Source: Candidatus Woesearchaeota archaeon (GTDB lineage: Archaea; Nanobdellota; Nanobdellia; Woesearchaeales; JAZDKJ01). From it: DNA of 64,000 nucleotides. Positions 20,169-28,966 of this stretch are shown here, one piece after another. How positions within the stretch are numbered: the first letter of the stretch is position 1; every line of letters starts with the position of its first letter. Below the pieces are notes generated by a model. That model was not told the DNA's origin. It did not search any database and saw only the letters and a program-made list of their open reading frames with translations. The translations under genes were made by a program, and so were the position numbers. The stretch lies in NCBI GenBank assembly GCA_043803105.1, contig JAZDKJ010000006.1:1-64000 (forward strand). The letters run 5' to 3'.

Positions 20169-20222
20169 AACCCTTATTCTGAAACCAAAGCTTTATTAAA
20201 TTTTTCTTTTTTCAATATAGTC

Positions 20223-21158
20223 ATGCCTAAACTATTTGCTGCAGCGCAGAAGCTTCTCACGGTAAACCTGAATGTCAAGAAGGCTGAGAAAGTCGTTGTT
20301 GTTACTGATAGGCAAAAATGCAGGATTTTTTCCTCAGTCTGCAAAGCTGTTAATGACCTTGGCTGCACACTTGTAGAAGTACATATATCTCCTAATAGGC
20401 TTCATAGCGAGCCCTTGCCCAAGTTTAGTTCCACCTTTAACAGTGCTGACGTGATTATAGGCATTACTGACAAGAGCATCACGCATTGCCCTGAAACAAC
20501 CTTGGCAAGAAAACACCATGGCACAAGGGTAATCACGATGGTTCAGGTTAACGAAGAGCTCTTCCTCAAGGCTATGTCTGCTGACCGCAAAAAGATTTCC
20601 TCCTTAGCCAAAAAGCTTTCTCGCCGGCTTAAGTCCTCAAAGTTAGTCACCCTAACAACAAAGTCTGGTGCAAACTTCACTGTTAGGGTTGATCCTAAGG
20701 CAGTAAGCATCGACAACGGTGATTCAACCAAGAGGGGCTCTGTTAATAATGTTCCTTTTGGTGAGGTTGCCCTGCTTCCCATCAGCGCTGCTAGCGGTAC
20801 TGTCTCTATTGATTATGCAAGGAACCATATCATGCCTCGCGATAAGGCTAGGGTTGTGTTGAAGAGTGGCAAGATTGTTGATTGGACCGAAACCGCTAAG
20901 TCATTTGTTCATTACTTAAAGAAGGCTGACGGCTCAAAAGCCTTGCGGATCGTCGAATTGGGTTTCGGAGTAAATCCTGCTCACAAGAGCCTTCGCTTTA
21001 GCATTATTCATGATGAGAAGATTATTGGCTCAGTTCATGTTGCATTTGGAGGTTTTGGTGTCAAGCGAAAGTGCAAGATTCATGAAGATGTTATTATCCT
21101 AAAGCCTACTGTCTGGTTTGATTCCAGGATGGTCATAAAGAATGGCAAGATTCTTTAG
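20223..21158 (+). CDS. M29/aminopeptidase T-like protein
   Basis: NVPFGEV, ELGFGVNP, HDEKIIGSVHVAFG, HED. Confidence 0.82.
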   Translation: MPKLFAAAQKLLTVNLNVKKAEKVVVVTDRQKCRIFSSVCKAVNDLGCTLVEVHISPNRLHSEPLPKFSSTFNSADVIIGITDKSITHCPETTLARKHHGTRVITMVQVNEELFLKAMSADRKKISSLAKKLSRRLKSSKLVTLTTKSGANFTVRVDPKAVSIDNGDSTKRGSVNNVPFGEVALLPISAASGTVSIDYARNHIMPRDKARVVLKSGKIVDWTETAKSFVHYLKKADGSKALRIVELGFGVNPAHKSLRFSIIHDEKIIGSVHVAFGGFGVKRKCKIHEDVIILKPTVWFDSRMVIKNGKIL

Positions 21159-21228
21159 ATGCAGATGATATGACCAGTTTTTGCTCTTTTTGACAAAATA
21201 TAAATACCCCACTGCACATCCTTGCCTT

Positions 21229-22644
21229 ATGGATTACTCTGCCATTGGCTTCAAGTGTGGTATAGAGATTCATCAGCAGATTGAAGGAAAAAAGCTCTTT
21301 TGTAATTGCCCCACCTTGAATTCTGATTTAGAACCGGACATAAAGGTTGTGAGAAAGCTTCGTGCTGTTGCTGGAGAGACTGGCGAGATTGATATTGCTG
21401 CAAAGCATGAGATGCAAAAAGCTAAGACTATTCTATACTTGTCGAGTTCAGTTGATAGTTGCTTGGTTGAGCTTGATGAAGAGCCACCACATCCAATAAA
21501 CCAGGAGGCTTTGAGGACTGCGATAGAGGTTGCTCTCCTGCTTAATGCTCACATTGTGGATGAAATCCAGGTGATGAGAAAGACTGTTGTTGACGGGAGC
21601 AATACCAGTGGTTTTCAAAGGACTGCCTTGATAGCCCAGGATGGTTTCATTGACACTGCTCTTGGCAACGTCAATATTCCCACAATCTGTCTTGAGGAGG
21701 AAGCTGCCCAAAAGGTTTCTGAAGACCAAAAGACCGTTACATATAGGCTTGACAGACTCGGAATTCCCCTGATAGAAATAGCCACTTCAGCAGACATCAA
21801 GACCCCTGAGCACGCAAAAGAGGTTGCTGAAAAGCTTGGCATGGTTTTAAGGTCCACTGGCAAGGTCAAGCGCGGCATCGGAACAATCAGGCAGGACGTT
21901 AATATCTCTGTCAAGGGTGGTGCAAGGACAGAGATTAAGGGGTTTCAGGAATTAAAGAGTATTCCCAAAGTCATTGAGTTCGAAATAGACAGGCAATTGA
22001 AGCTCATAAAACAAGGTAAGAAAATCTCAAATGAGGTGCGCAAGGCAGAGCCCGACGGGACCACAATTTTTCTTAGGCCTATGCCTGGTGCAGCAAGGAT
22101 GTATCCTGAGACTGATATCATGCCAGTGCGGGCAACTACTGAGGGCATCGAGCTATCCGAGCTTATTGAAAGCAAATCCAAAAAGTTTGAGTCTCTTGGT
22201 TTAAGTAAGGACCTAGCCTCTTCTATCGCAAAATCCAACAAGGCTTCTTTGTTCGAGTCCTACATCAAGACCTTCAAAAACATAAAGCCTGCTTTCATAG
22301 CAGAAACCCTTGTTTCAGCTCCCAAAGAGTTAAGGAGACGCAACAATATTGATATCGAGCCATTTGCCAAAGATAAGCTTGATGAGCTCTTCCTGTTGAT
22401 TGACAACGGCACCCTGCCTAAGGAGAGTGTTCTTGACGCAATGCTCGCAATGGCAAAAGGCACCTTTCGCGTTTCTGATTACAAGACAGTCTCTTCGCAG
22501 GAGATTGAAGAATTTATCATTAATACTGTCAAGGAAAAGCCCGGACTTAATTTTGGCGCATTGATGGGCCTTGTTATGGCTCAATATCGCGGAAAGGCTG
22601 ATGGGAAACTGATTTCTGAACTTGTCAAGAAGCACGCTAAGTAA
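21229..22644 (+). CDS. gatE: Glu-tRNA(Gln) amidotransferase subunit E (short form lacking the GAD insertion)
   Basis: GIEIHQQ, KLFC, DEEPP, DGSNTSGFQRT, RGIGTIRQDVN, RPMPGAARMYPETD. Confidence 0.94.
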   Translation: MDYSAIGFKCGIEIHQQIEGKKLFCNCPTLNSDLEPDIKVVRKLRAVAGETGEIDIAAKHEMQKAKTILYLSSSVDSCLVELDEEPPHPINQEALRTAIEVALLLNAHIVDEIQVMRKTVVDGSNTSGFQRTALIAQDGFIDTALGNVNIPTICLEEEAAQKVSEDQKTVTYRLDRLGIPLIEIATSADIKTPEHAKEVAEKLGMVLRSTGKVKRGIGTIRQDVNISVKGGARTEIKGFQELKSIPKVIEFEIDRQLKLIKQGKKISNEVRKAEPDGTTIFLRPMPGAARMYPETDIMPVRATTEGIELSELIESKSKKFESLGLSKDLASSIAKSNKASLFESYIKTFKNIKPAFIAETLVSAPKELRRRNNIDIEPFAKDKLDELFLLIDNGTLPKESVLDAMLAMAKGTFRVSDYKTVSSQEIEEFIINTVKEKPGLNFGALMGLVMAQYRGKADGKLISELVKKHAK

Positions 22645-23386
22645 GATATTTGCCGATGACCTTTAGATACCCTGGATTCAGTCCCCCTAACCTGAAAATC
22701 CATACTTTTTCTATTCCCAGCGCCTTCATATCTCTGAGGTCCATGTCTAGCTGCCTTGTGCTCATCACAGCCTCATCTCCACGTATTCCAGGGGCTATTG
22801 TCCCAAGTCCTACAGTTAGTCTTTTCCCGAGCCTTTTTTTCTCTTTTTCAAGTCTGGCAAAGAATTCGTTTCTGAGGCTGCCAAGCATGCTGGTATAAAA
22901 CATCAAGGTTTTTTTTGTCTTGCATCCCTTGTCACATCTTCCAAGGATTATTCCCGCCCAGCTAGTCCCAAGTATGATGTTCTCTGTCACAAAAATCTCA
23001 TGTTTTGTTCTCTTGAGGAAGTTGTGTATTATTTTCTTGTTGTAAAGAAACATTGGCAGATTCTTGATTAGTAGCCATTTGTGATGCACTGGAAGCTCCA
23101 TGTCCCAGACAACTTTTATCCTTTGCTTCTCTCTTTCTAGTTCACTTATGATTCTTTTGATTGCCTTGCTGTCTGCAAACGGACTTATCCAATATCCCTC
23201 GCCTTTTTCAAGTATTGGCCAATATTCTGCCAACACTCTCTTGTTTTTTGCCTGAAGCTTTTTTCGCAGCTTCTTGAACTCCGAAATACTTCTCGCAGCG
23301 AGAAAGATTGTGGTGGGAAAACTTATCTTTCTTGCTTTCTCAAGGTTCTTGTCGCTTGGGAATTCCTCATAAAACCAGATTTTCAT
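22637..23386 (-). CDS. Hypothetical protein
   Basis: 249-aa ORF, start overlaps the stop of the upstream gene. Confidence 0.7.
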   Translation of the reverse strand: MKIWFYEEFPSDKNLEKARKISFPTTIFLAARSISEFKKLRKKLQAKNKRVLAEYWPILEKGEGYWISPFADSKAIKRIISELEREKQRIKVVWDMELPVHHKWLLIKNLPMFLYNKKIIHNFLKRTKHEIFVTENIILGTSWAGIILGRCDKGCKTKKTLMFYTSMLGSLRNEFFARLEKEKKRLGKRLTVGLGTIAPGIRGDEAVMSTRQLDMDLRDMKALGIEKVWIFRLGGLNPGYLKVIGKYLT

Positions 23387-24474
23387 TTCAGCCTCTGGAC
23401 TAGCTCAAGGTATATTGATGCCCAGAGCATTGAATCATCTGTAAGATAGAATGCGCTCGAGTATGGCCTTCCCTGAGGGTCCAATACCTCCAGCAGGTTG
23501 CCCTGCTCTTCTATTAGCCTTCCGTACTTTACAAGATAATAAAGTGCCATTCTGGGATCAACCTTGCTCACATTGTTGATGAACAGCAACCCAAGGTAGG
23601 TCCAGATAGTATCTCCCTGGAAGTTTGGCGTGAGGACGTCCATACTGATTGTGTTTTGCCTTGATGAGGTGTACTTTAGTGGCAATGGCTTGTCCAGGCC
23701 GATTGTTTTAAGGGTGTTTATTGATGATGTCAGTCTCTCCTTGTCATTTATTGTTCCGCACCAGAAAGGAAAAACGTTTGCATCTCCGCTGATTACAGCA
23801 TTCTTGGACATGTCATCCATAAATGCATGTCCGTTCCAGTAGTTTTTGATGATCAGTTTTTTGTAATCATACCTCTTTAGCGGATTGTTTAACCCAAGCT
23901 TATCAAGGTTTGACGAAAGCAATGCAACCATGGTTGTGTCATAGCAGCTTGATTGCCTTATCGAGTGATCTTTTGCCGAAGAGAAATGCCCTTGCTTCAC
24001 AAGCCCTGTCTTTTTGTCTACCACAAGGCTGACAAATCTTTCTAACTCCTTCTCTAAAAACGTTCTGTATTGCTCTGCAAGCTCTTCTTCATTTGACTCA
24101 ACTAGGCTGTAAATCAAATACGGCAGGCTGTCCACAGCATAGGTGGGGAAATCAAACGCGTTTCCGCCTGGGGAGATTGCCACTGTCACCTTTTTTTTCT
24201 TTGAGAATCTTGAGAGCGCATAACCTAGTGTCTTATGCACACTTTCTTTGTGCCCAAGCCTTATCAGGGGTCTTGTGCACCATGCAAAATCCCTTGTGTA
24301 GAATTGGCAGAAGTGGCCTGAACTTGTCATGAAGTAGCTTCCGGTCCAGCACCTTTTGATTATCTCCTGGCATATTTGTTCGCTGTTTCCCTTGTATGAC
24401 GGAATCCCCAACATTTTCTTACACATTGAGTAATGGAAGATTCGTAGTCCTTCAGAAATCATTGTGTGGTTCAT
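23383..24474 (-). CDS. Putative (alpha/alpha)6-barrel glycosidase-like protein
   Basis: FYTRDF, FQGDTIW, LLEVL motifs resemble six-hairpin glycosidases; ATGA overlap at 24471-24474. Confidence 0.6.
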   Translation of the reverse strand: MNHTMISEGLRIFHYSMCKKMLGIPSYKGNSEQICQEIIKRCWTGSYFMTSSGHFCQFYTRDFAWCTRPLIRLGHKESVHKTLGYALSRFSKKKKVTVAISPGGNAFDFPTYAVDSLPYLIYSLVESNEEELAEQYRTFLEKELERFVSLVVDKKTGLVKQGHFSSAKDHSIRQSSCYDTTMVALLSSNLDKLGLNNPLKRYDYKKLIIKNYWNGHAFMDDMSKNAVISGDANVFPFWCGTINDKERLTSSINTLKTIGLDKPLPLKYTSSRQNTISMDVLTPNFQGDTIWTYLGLLFINNVSKVDPRMALYYLVKYGRLIEEQGNLLEVLDPQGRPYSSAFYLTDDSMLWASIYLELVQRLK

Positions 24475-25607
24475 CTTACTAATCTTTTGTACAGCACAAG
24501 ACCCTTGTATTTGCACGTCCGAAAGAGCCTCTTAGTGGTGTTCCTTGTGTTTCCTGTTAGATTGTGGCAGAATAGCAGCATTTTTCTTTTTGCGTAATTT
24601 ATCCTGTAAATTACTATTTGGTCCATTGTTCTTTCCGAAAAATACCTGTAACCTGATAGGTAAACAAGTCCGGTTATTGCCCAGAGCACGTCCCTTAACC
24701 TGATCAAAAGCCCTAGCGCTATGCCTATCCCGACGTCAACGTTAAGGATTGTGAATAATGAAGCCTGGCTTAGTTCCAAGATTCCAAGAGCTGCAGGCAC
24801 AGGTATTATGTACGCGAATCCTACCACGCAGATTACGAGGAAGAGGGCCAATATTGATGGTGAATATCCGAAAGTTAGGAGTGCAGTCTCGTACTCCATG
24901 AACATAAAAACCCAGGAAAGCAGCGATAGCAAGAGCGCTATCTTGAGTGCTCTCCTGTTGAACTTAAAAAAGTTTGAGATATCCACTTCTATATCCCTAA
25001 GGTGTTGCTCATATTTCTTGAGCTTCACAATCCTGTCCAGCCTGAAAATGTAGTATGCGCTGCTGATGAAGCCCTTGTTGCGGGTTATTCTGTAGTAGAA
25101 TAGGCCTAAGAGTACCACTGCAGCCAAGAGTGCGCTCGTGAGTACAAGTAATGTGTTTTGTGTGAGCTGGTAGTTCAGTATTATAAAAATGAATCCTATG
25201 CACGCAAAACTAATATGCGTTGCGAGTTCAATGCCCTTATCTATCATTACTGAAGAGAATGCTGTTGAGTTTGCAACTTTTTCCCTGTTGAGGAGTACGC
25301 CCCTTATTGATTCCCCCCCAACCTGCCCTGTTGGAGTCAGGTAGCTGAAGGAAAAACCCACAAGCTTGAACAGCGAGACTTTCCAGAATGGCAATGTTAC
25401 GTGCTTTGATCTTAATATCACTTGCCATCTTGCTATTAGGGTGAAGGTTATGCCTATTGAGATTATAAGAAAGAGTGAGAGCCAAGTCTTGTTTGCGCTT
25501 GAAAATATGTTAACTATCTTTGCAAACCCCACTCGCCTTAATACCTCAAGAAAGACGATTACTCCGAGAATGAACGCTGTTACCACTATCAACTTTTTTT
25601 TGTCCAT
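24471..25607 (-). CDS. Lysylphosphatidylglycerol synthase TM / flippase-like (UPF0104) membrane protein
   Basis: RWQVIL, LTPTGQVGGE..R, PAALG..E; true start is MDKKKL (25607) because the longer ORF overlaps a tRNA. Confidence 0.85.
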   Translation of the reverse strand: MDKKKLIVVTAFILGVIVFLEVLRRVGFAKIVNIFSSANKTWLSLFLIISIGITFTLIARWQVILRSKHVTLPFWKVSLFKLVGFSFSYLTPTGQVGGESIRGVLLNREKVANSTAFSSVMIDKGIELATHISFACIGFIFIILNYQLTQNTLLVLTSALLAAVVLLGLFYYRITRNKGFISSAYYIFRLDRIVKLKKYEQHLRDIEVDISNFFKFNRRALKIALLLSLLSWVFMFMEYETALLTFGYSPSILALFLVICVVGFAYIIPVPAALGILELSQASLFTILNVDVGIGIALGLLIRLRDVLWAITGLVYLSGYRYFSERTMDQIVIYRINYAKRKMLLFCHNLTGNTRNTTKRLFRTCKYKGLVLYKRLVR

Positions 25608-25615
25608 GTTAAAAC

Positions 25616-25751
25616 CGCGCCTGGGGGGACTTTCGTGCATTTTGCAAAAGCAGGCAAAAAAAGCTGTTCGAACCCCCAACCTACAGCTTGCTTCCCTTGT
25701 TAGGAGGCTGTCGCCCTTTCTGTTGTCAAATCCAGGTTAGGCTACAGGCGC
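25616..25751 (-). tRNA. tRNA-Arg(CCU) with three introns (20/21: 25718-25729; 37/38: 25689-25700; 59/60: 25630-25666)
   Basis: Mature 75 nt GCGCCTG TA GCCT AACCTGGATA GGGC G ACAGC CTCCTAA GCTGT AGGTT GGGGG TTCGAAT CCCCC CAGGCGC G; each junction sits in BHB/BHL geometry; TATA-like box at 25776-25783. Confidence 0.92.
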
Positions 25752-25785
25752 GTGTCCTGTGATAAAAGCGGTTTCCTTAAAAACA

Positions 25786-26310
25786 TTACTGTTTACAGTA
25801 GCGTTTCTTTAGGTCAGAGAATGTTGATTTGCTGCAGTCCTTGGTTCCAAAACCCATCTTCTTTACTGTCTCAAGCAGTTTTGCTGTGCTGCGTGCCTCA
25901 ATCTCTACATACTCAGGTATGCAATCATATTTGCCAAGGTAATTGTCAAAGTCTAGGCGTGCTTCGTCTAGCATATAGCTCACTCTTTTCTTCTTTGCTT
26001 CCAATATTTGTCTTAGTCCTAAAGACCTGAAGATTGATTCCATCTTTAGGTAATCTGTTATCTCGATTTCGATCTCATCGGAATGTTTTGCAAATTTGTT
26101 CGGCACATAACCCTTGAAGGTGACTACTGTTTTTCCGCCAATCTTGCGTATCCTGATTGTTGCCTTTGCTTTCGTTAGCGACCTGTCCCTAAAGTCGAAC
26201 AATTTCGTATGGACAGAGCCTTCGAAGATTTTCTTTGCCCCTAACACAATTAGTTTTTTTACAAGTTCATTTCTGTTCACATCAAGAATCTTCAGCTCTA
26301 CCTCGTCCAT
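25786..26310 (-). CDS. CYTH-domain protein (class IV adenylate cyclase-like)
   Basis: EVELK, IRIR, TFKG, EIE, YVEIE. Confidence 0.88.
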   Translation of the reverse strand: MDEVELKILDVNRNELVKKLIVLGAKKIFEGSVHTKLFDFRDRSLTKAKATIRIRKIGGKTVVTFKGYVPNKFAKHSDEIEIEITDYLKMESIFRSLGLRQILEAKKKRVSYMLDEARLDFDNYLGKYDCIPEYVEIEARSTAKLLETVKKMGFGTKDCSKSTFSDLKKRYCKQ

Positions 26311-26389
26311 AGAATTTCTGGTGAGTATACCTGCTTAAATACCTTGTTGTCTGCAAAGCATTAAATATTCTTGAGGTAAATAACTGTCT

Positions 26390-27346
26390 ATGTATATCCT
26401 AAAGCAGCTTCCCGAGGATTTTGTTGTTGAAGAGATTATGCCTTTGGGCAAGCCTACTGGTGGCGATTATGCTTATTGTTCGATGACAAAAAGGTGCCTC
26501 ACCACATTTCAGGCCGCTGTCTTTCTTGCCAGGGCATTGAAAATACCTCAGAAGTTTGTCAAATACTCCGGGAACAAGGACAAGGACGCGGTTACCACCC
26601 AGACCATCTCAATCTGCAAGACATCAGAGGAGAGGTTAGGCTCAGTTGCAGTGAAGAACCTAAAGCTTGACTTCCTTGGCTATTTCAAAGAGCCTGTTTT
26701 TATCGGTATGCACAAGGCAAACCGCTTCATAATCACAGCAAGAAATATTGAAAGTCCTCCGAAGCACCTCTCTCGTTTCATAAACTATTTTGGTAAGCAA
26801 AGGTTCAGTCATAACAATGTGGATGTTGGCAGGAGCATTGTTAAAAAAGATTTTGCCCTTGCTGCTTCACTTCTTTCAATTCAGGGCAACGAGAAGATTG
26901 CTTCTCACCTAAAAGCCCATCCGAACGATTTTGTTGGTGCAATCCGCATGGTTCCAAAGTCTCTTGTAAAATTGTGTGTCCATAGCTTTCAAAGCCATAT
27001 CTGGAACAAGGCTGCAGTAGAAATTTCCAAACAAACGCCGCAGACGAAACAGCTAAAGATTGTAGGGTTTGCTACAGATTTGGAAGACGATGATGCATCA
27101 AGAGTTATTAGATCAATTCTTAAGGTGGAAAATGTTTCCATAAATGATTTTGTAATCCGGCAGCTTCCAGAATTCAGCGTGGAAGGTCAGGAGCGCGATA
27201 TTTTCTCTGATGTTTCAGACCTGAAAGTCAAAGGTCTTGAAGACGACGACTTGAATCCTGGCAAAAAAAAGTGTGTTCTGACCTTTACCCTTCCTAAAGG
27301 TAGTTATGCGACTGTGCTAGTCGACCAAATGTTTGGAAAAACTTAA
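26390..27346 (+). CDS. truD: tRNA pseudouridine(13) synthase
   Basis: PEDFVVEE, GNKDKDAVTTQ, NYFGKQRF, FTLPKGSYAT. Confidence 0.93.
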   Translation: MYILKQLPEDFVVEEIMPLGKPTGGDYAYCSMTKRCLTTFQAAVFLARALKIPQKFVKYSGNKDKDAVTTQTISICKTSEERLGSVAVKNLKLDFLGYFKEPVFIGMHKANRFIITARNIESPPKHLSRFINYFGKQRFSHNNVDVGRSIVKKDFALAASLLSIQGNEKIASHLKAHPNDFVGAIRMVPKSLVKLCVHSFQSHIWNKAAVEISKQTPQTKQLKIVGFATDLEDDDASRVIRSILKVENVSINDFVIRQLPEFSVEGQERDIFSDVSDLKVKGLEDDDLNPGKKKCVLTFTLPKGSYATVLVDQMFGKT

Positions 27347-27374
27347 ATATTCTGCTCTCTGTTTTTTGTCTTGT

Positions 27375-28013
27375 CTAAGAAATATAGAGTGCTTCTAGGG
27401 CATTCTCAAATATTTTTTTTGGGTCTTTAGGGTCAGCGTCGACGTCCCTGATCAAGTGTTTGCTCTGGTAAAATCCAATGAGTGGTGCTGTCTGCTCGCC
27501 ATACACTCTGATTCTTTCCATGATTACCTCTGGTTTTTGGTCGTCCCTTTGGTATAACTCTCCACCGCATCTGTCGCATATCCCTGGCTGTTTTGGTGGC
27601 ACATTCTTTATGTTGAATATTGCCCCGCAATGCCTGCATGTTAGCCTTGTTGAGAGTCTGTCAATTATGATGTCTTTGCTTGCATGAAAATTCAGCACGG
27701 CATCGATCTTTATCTTGTTTCTTTCCAGGGCTTCTGCCTGAGGTATTGTCCTTGGTATGCCATCAAGTATAAACCCTTTCTTGCAGTCTTTTTGCTTAAG
27801 CCTTTCGCTGACCATTTGCATTACAATCTCATCAGGAACCAATAGCCCTTTGTCCATGAAGCCTTTGGCTTTTGCTCCAAGCTCTGTTTTTTTGTCTATT
27901 GCCTGCCTGAAAAGGTCACCCGTTGATATTATCGGTATTTTGTCCTTCTCTGATATCATCTGGCCCACAGTTCCTTTTCCGGCCCCTGGTGGCCCGAGTA
28001 TTATGATTTTCAT
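27375..28013 (-). CDS. adk: Adenylate kinase (long LID with CxxC/CxxC)
   Basis: GPPGAGKGT, STGDLFR, LDGIPRT, QRDD; start MKIIILG at 28013. Confidence 0.93.
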   Translation of the reverse strand: MKIIILGPPGAGKGTVGQMISEKDKIPIISTGDLFRQAIDKKTELGAKAKGFMDKGLLVPDEIVMQMVSERLKQKDCKKGFILDGIPRTIPQAEALERNKIKIDAVLNFHASKDIIIDRLSTRLTCRHCGAIFNIKNVPPKQPGICDRCGGELYQRDDQKPEVIMERIRVYGEQTAPLIGFYQSKHLIRDVDADPKDPKKIFENALEALYIS

Positions 28014-28474
28014 CCTAGATATCCTAAATCTTCTTTGTTGATGTATTCCTTGTCCCATGACTCTTTGAGTTTTTGCGCTAGTGTTAGGAGCGTTTTTTTG
28101 GTTTGCTGCCATTTGGCAAGCGTCTCTTTGATGAACCTAGCATCATCTGCTTCTGTGTTCTTTAACCCTGTTTCCAGCGAGTACCTTAGTGTTTTCATTA
28201 GTTCTTTGTAGATTATGAACAATGTCTCTTTCTCCTTGTCGCTTAGGTTCTTGAGTTCATATAGGCTGCTTATGCTTGGTTCTGGATGAAGTACGTCCTC
28301 GATCGTTTTTGCATAGAATTCAAGGTATTCTGAAATATGGATTCTTATCTGTCGCAATGGGAATGCACATTCTTCAATATGGTCTATGTCAAATTCCCGG
28401 TTTAGTTCTTCGAATTGTGGCAGCCCAAATTTCTTTCCTACTGTAAGAAATTGCTCTCTAAATTTCTCTGTCAT
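28010..28474 (-). CDS. Hypothetical protein
   Basis: 154-aa helical ORF whose 3' end overlaps the adk start. Confidence 0.75.
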   Translation of the reverse strand: MTEKFREQFLTVGKKFGLPQFEELNREFDIDHIEECAFPLRQIRIHISEYLEFYAKTIEDVLHPEPSISSLYELKNLSDKEKETLFIIYKELMKTLRYSLETGLKNTEADDARFIKETLAKWQQTKKTLLTLAQKLKESWDKEYINKEDLGYLG

Positions 28475-28500
28475 GACCTCAGAAATTGGTGGACCTTATA

Positions 28501-28812
28501 TTAAGCTTTCGTTGATTCTAGTTCTTTTATCCTTTTTCTGATTGTTTCCGCGTATTTCTTGCGGTTCTTGATTCCCTTGAGCTTTTTTGCAAGCTGTCCA
28601 TCTCCCAGAATGTCGTTTACCCAGTTTGCAAAGTCATTTTTTTCCTGGTTCACATGATAGCTAAACGCATCATCCTGTAGGCTTTCTATTGTGCTTGCCA
28701 GCTCGTAGATGTTGCGAATAACAGCCCCATTGCATGCGTAGAAAACTACATCAGGATTGCAGTCGGCAAGGATTCTTTCATTTATTGCCTTAAAGTTCTC
28801 TTTTTTTGCCAT
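28501..28812 (-). CDS. DUF5752-like small protein
   Basis: F.YHV..EKNDFANWV.DILGD..LA motif. Confidence 0.75.
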   Translation of the reverse strand: MAKKENFKAINERILADCNPDVVFYACNGAVIRNIYELASTIESLQDDAFSYHVNQEKNDFANWVNDILGDGQLAKKLKGIKNRKKYAETIRKRIKELESTKA

Positions 28813-28966
28813 TTATTCACCCCTTTATAAGGGTTGTTTTGATAGACTATTTATTTTTTCTTCTTAATGCGAGAGTGGTGATTTCACGCGTCTTCAAAAA
28901 CCAGCCAATAAGAAAGTTTAAAAATCCCTTCGAAAATCAACAACCATCTTAGGAGGGACGACAGTG

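Noticed and set aside
25608-25679. N-terminal extension of the flippase-like ORF
   Set aside because: It overlaps the 3' half of tRNA-Arg; ATG 25607 is the plausible start.
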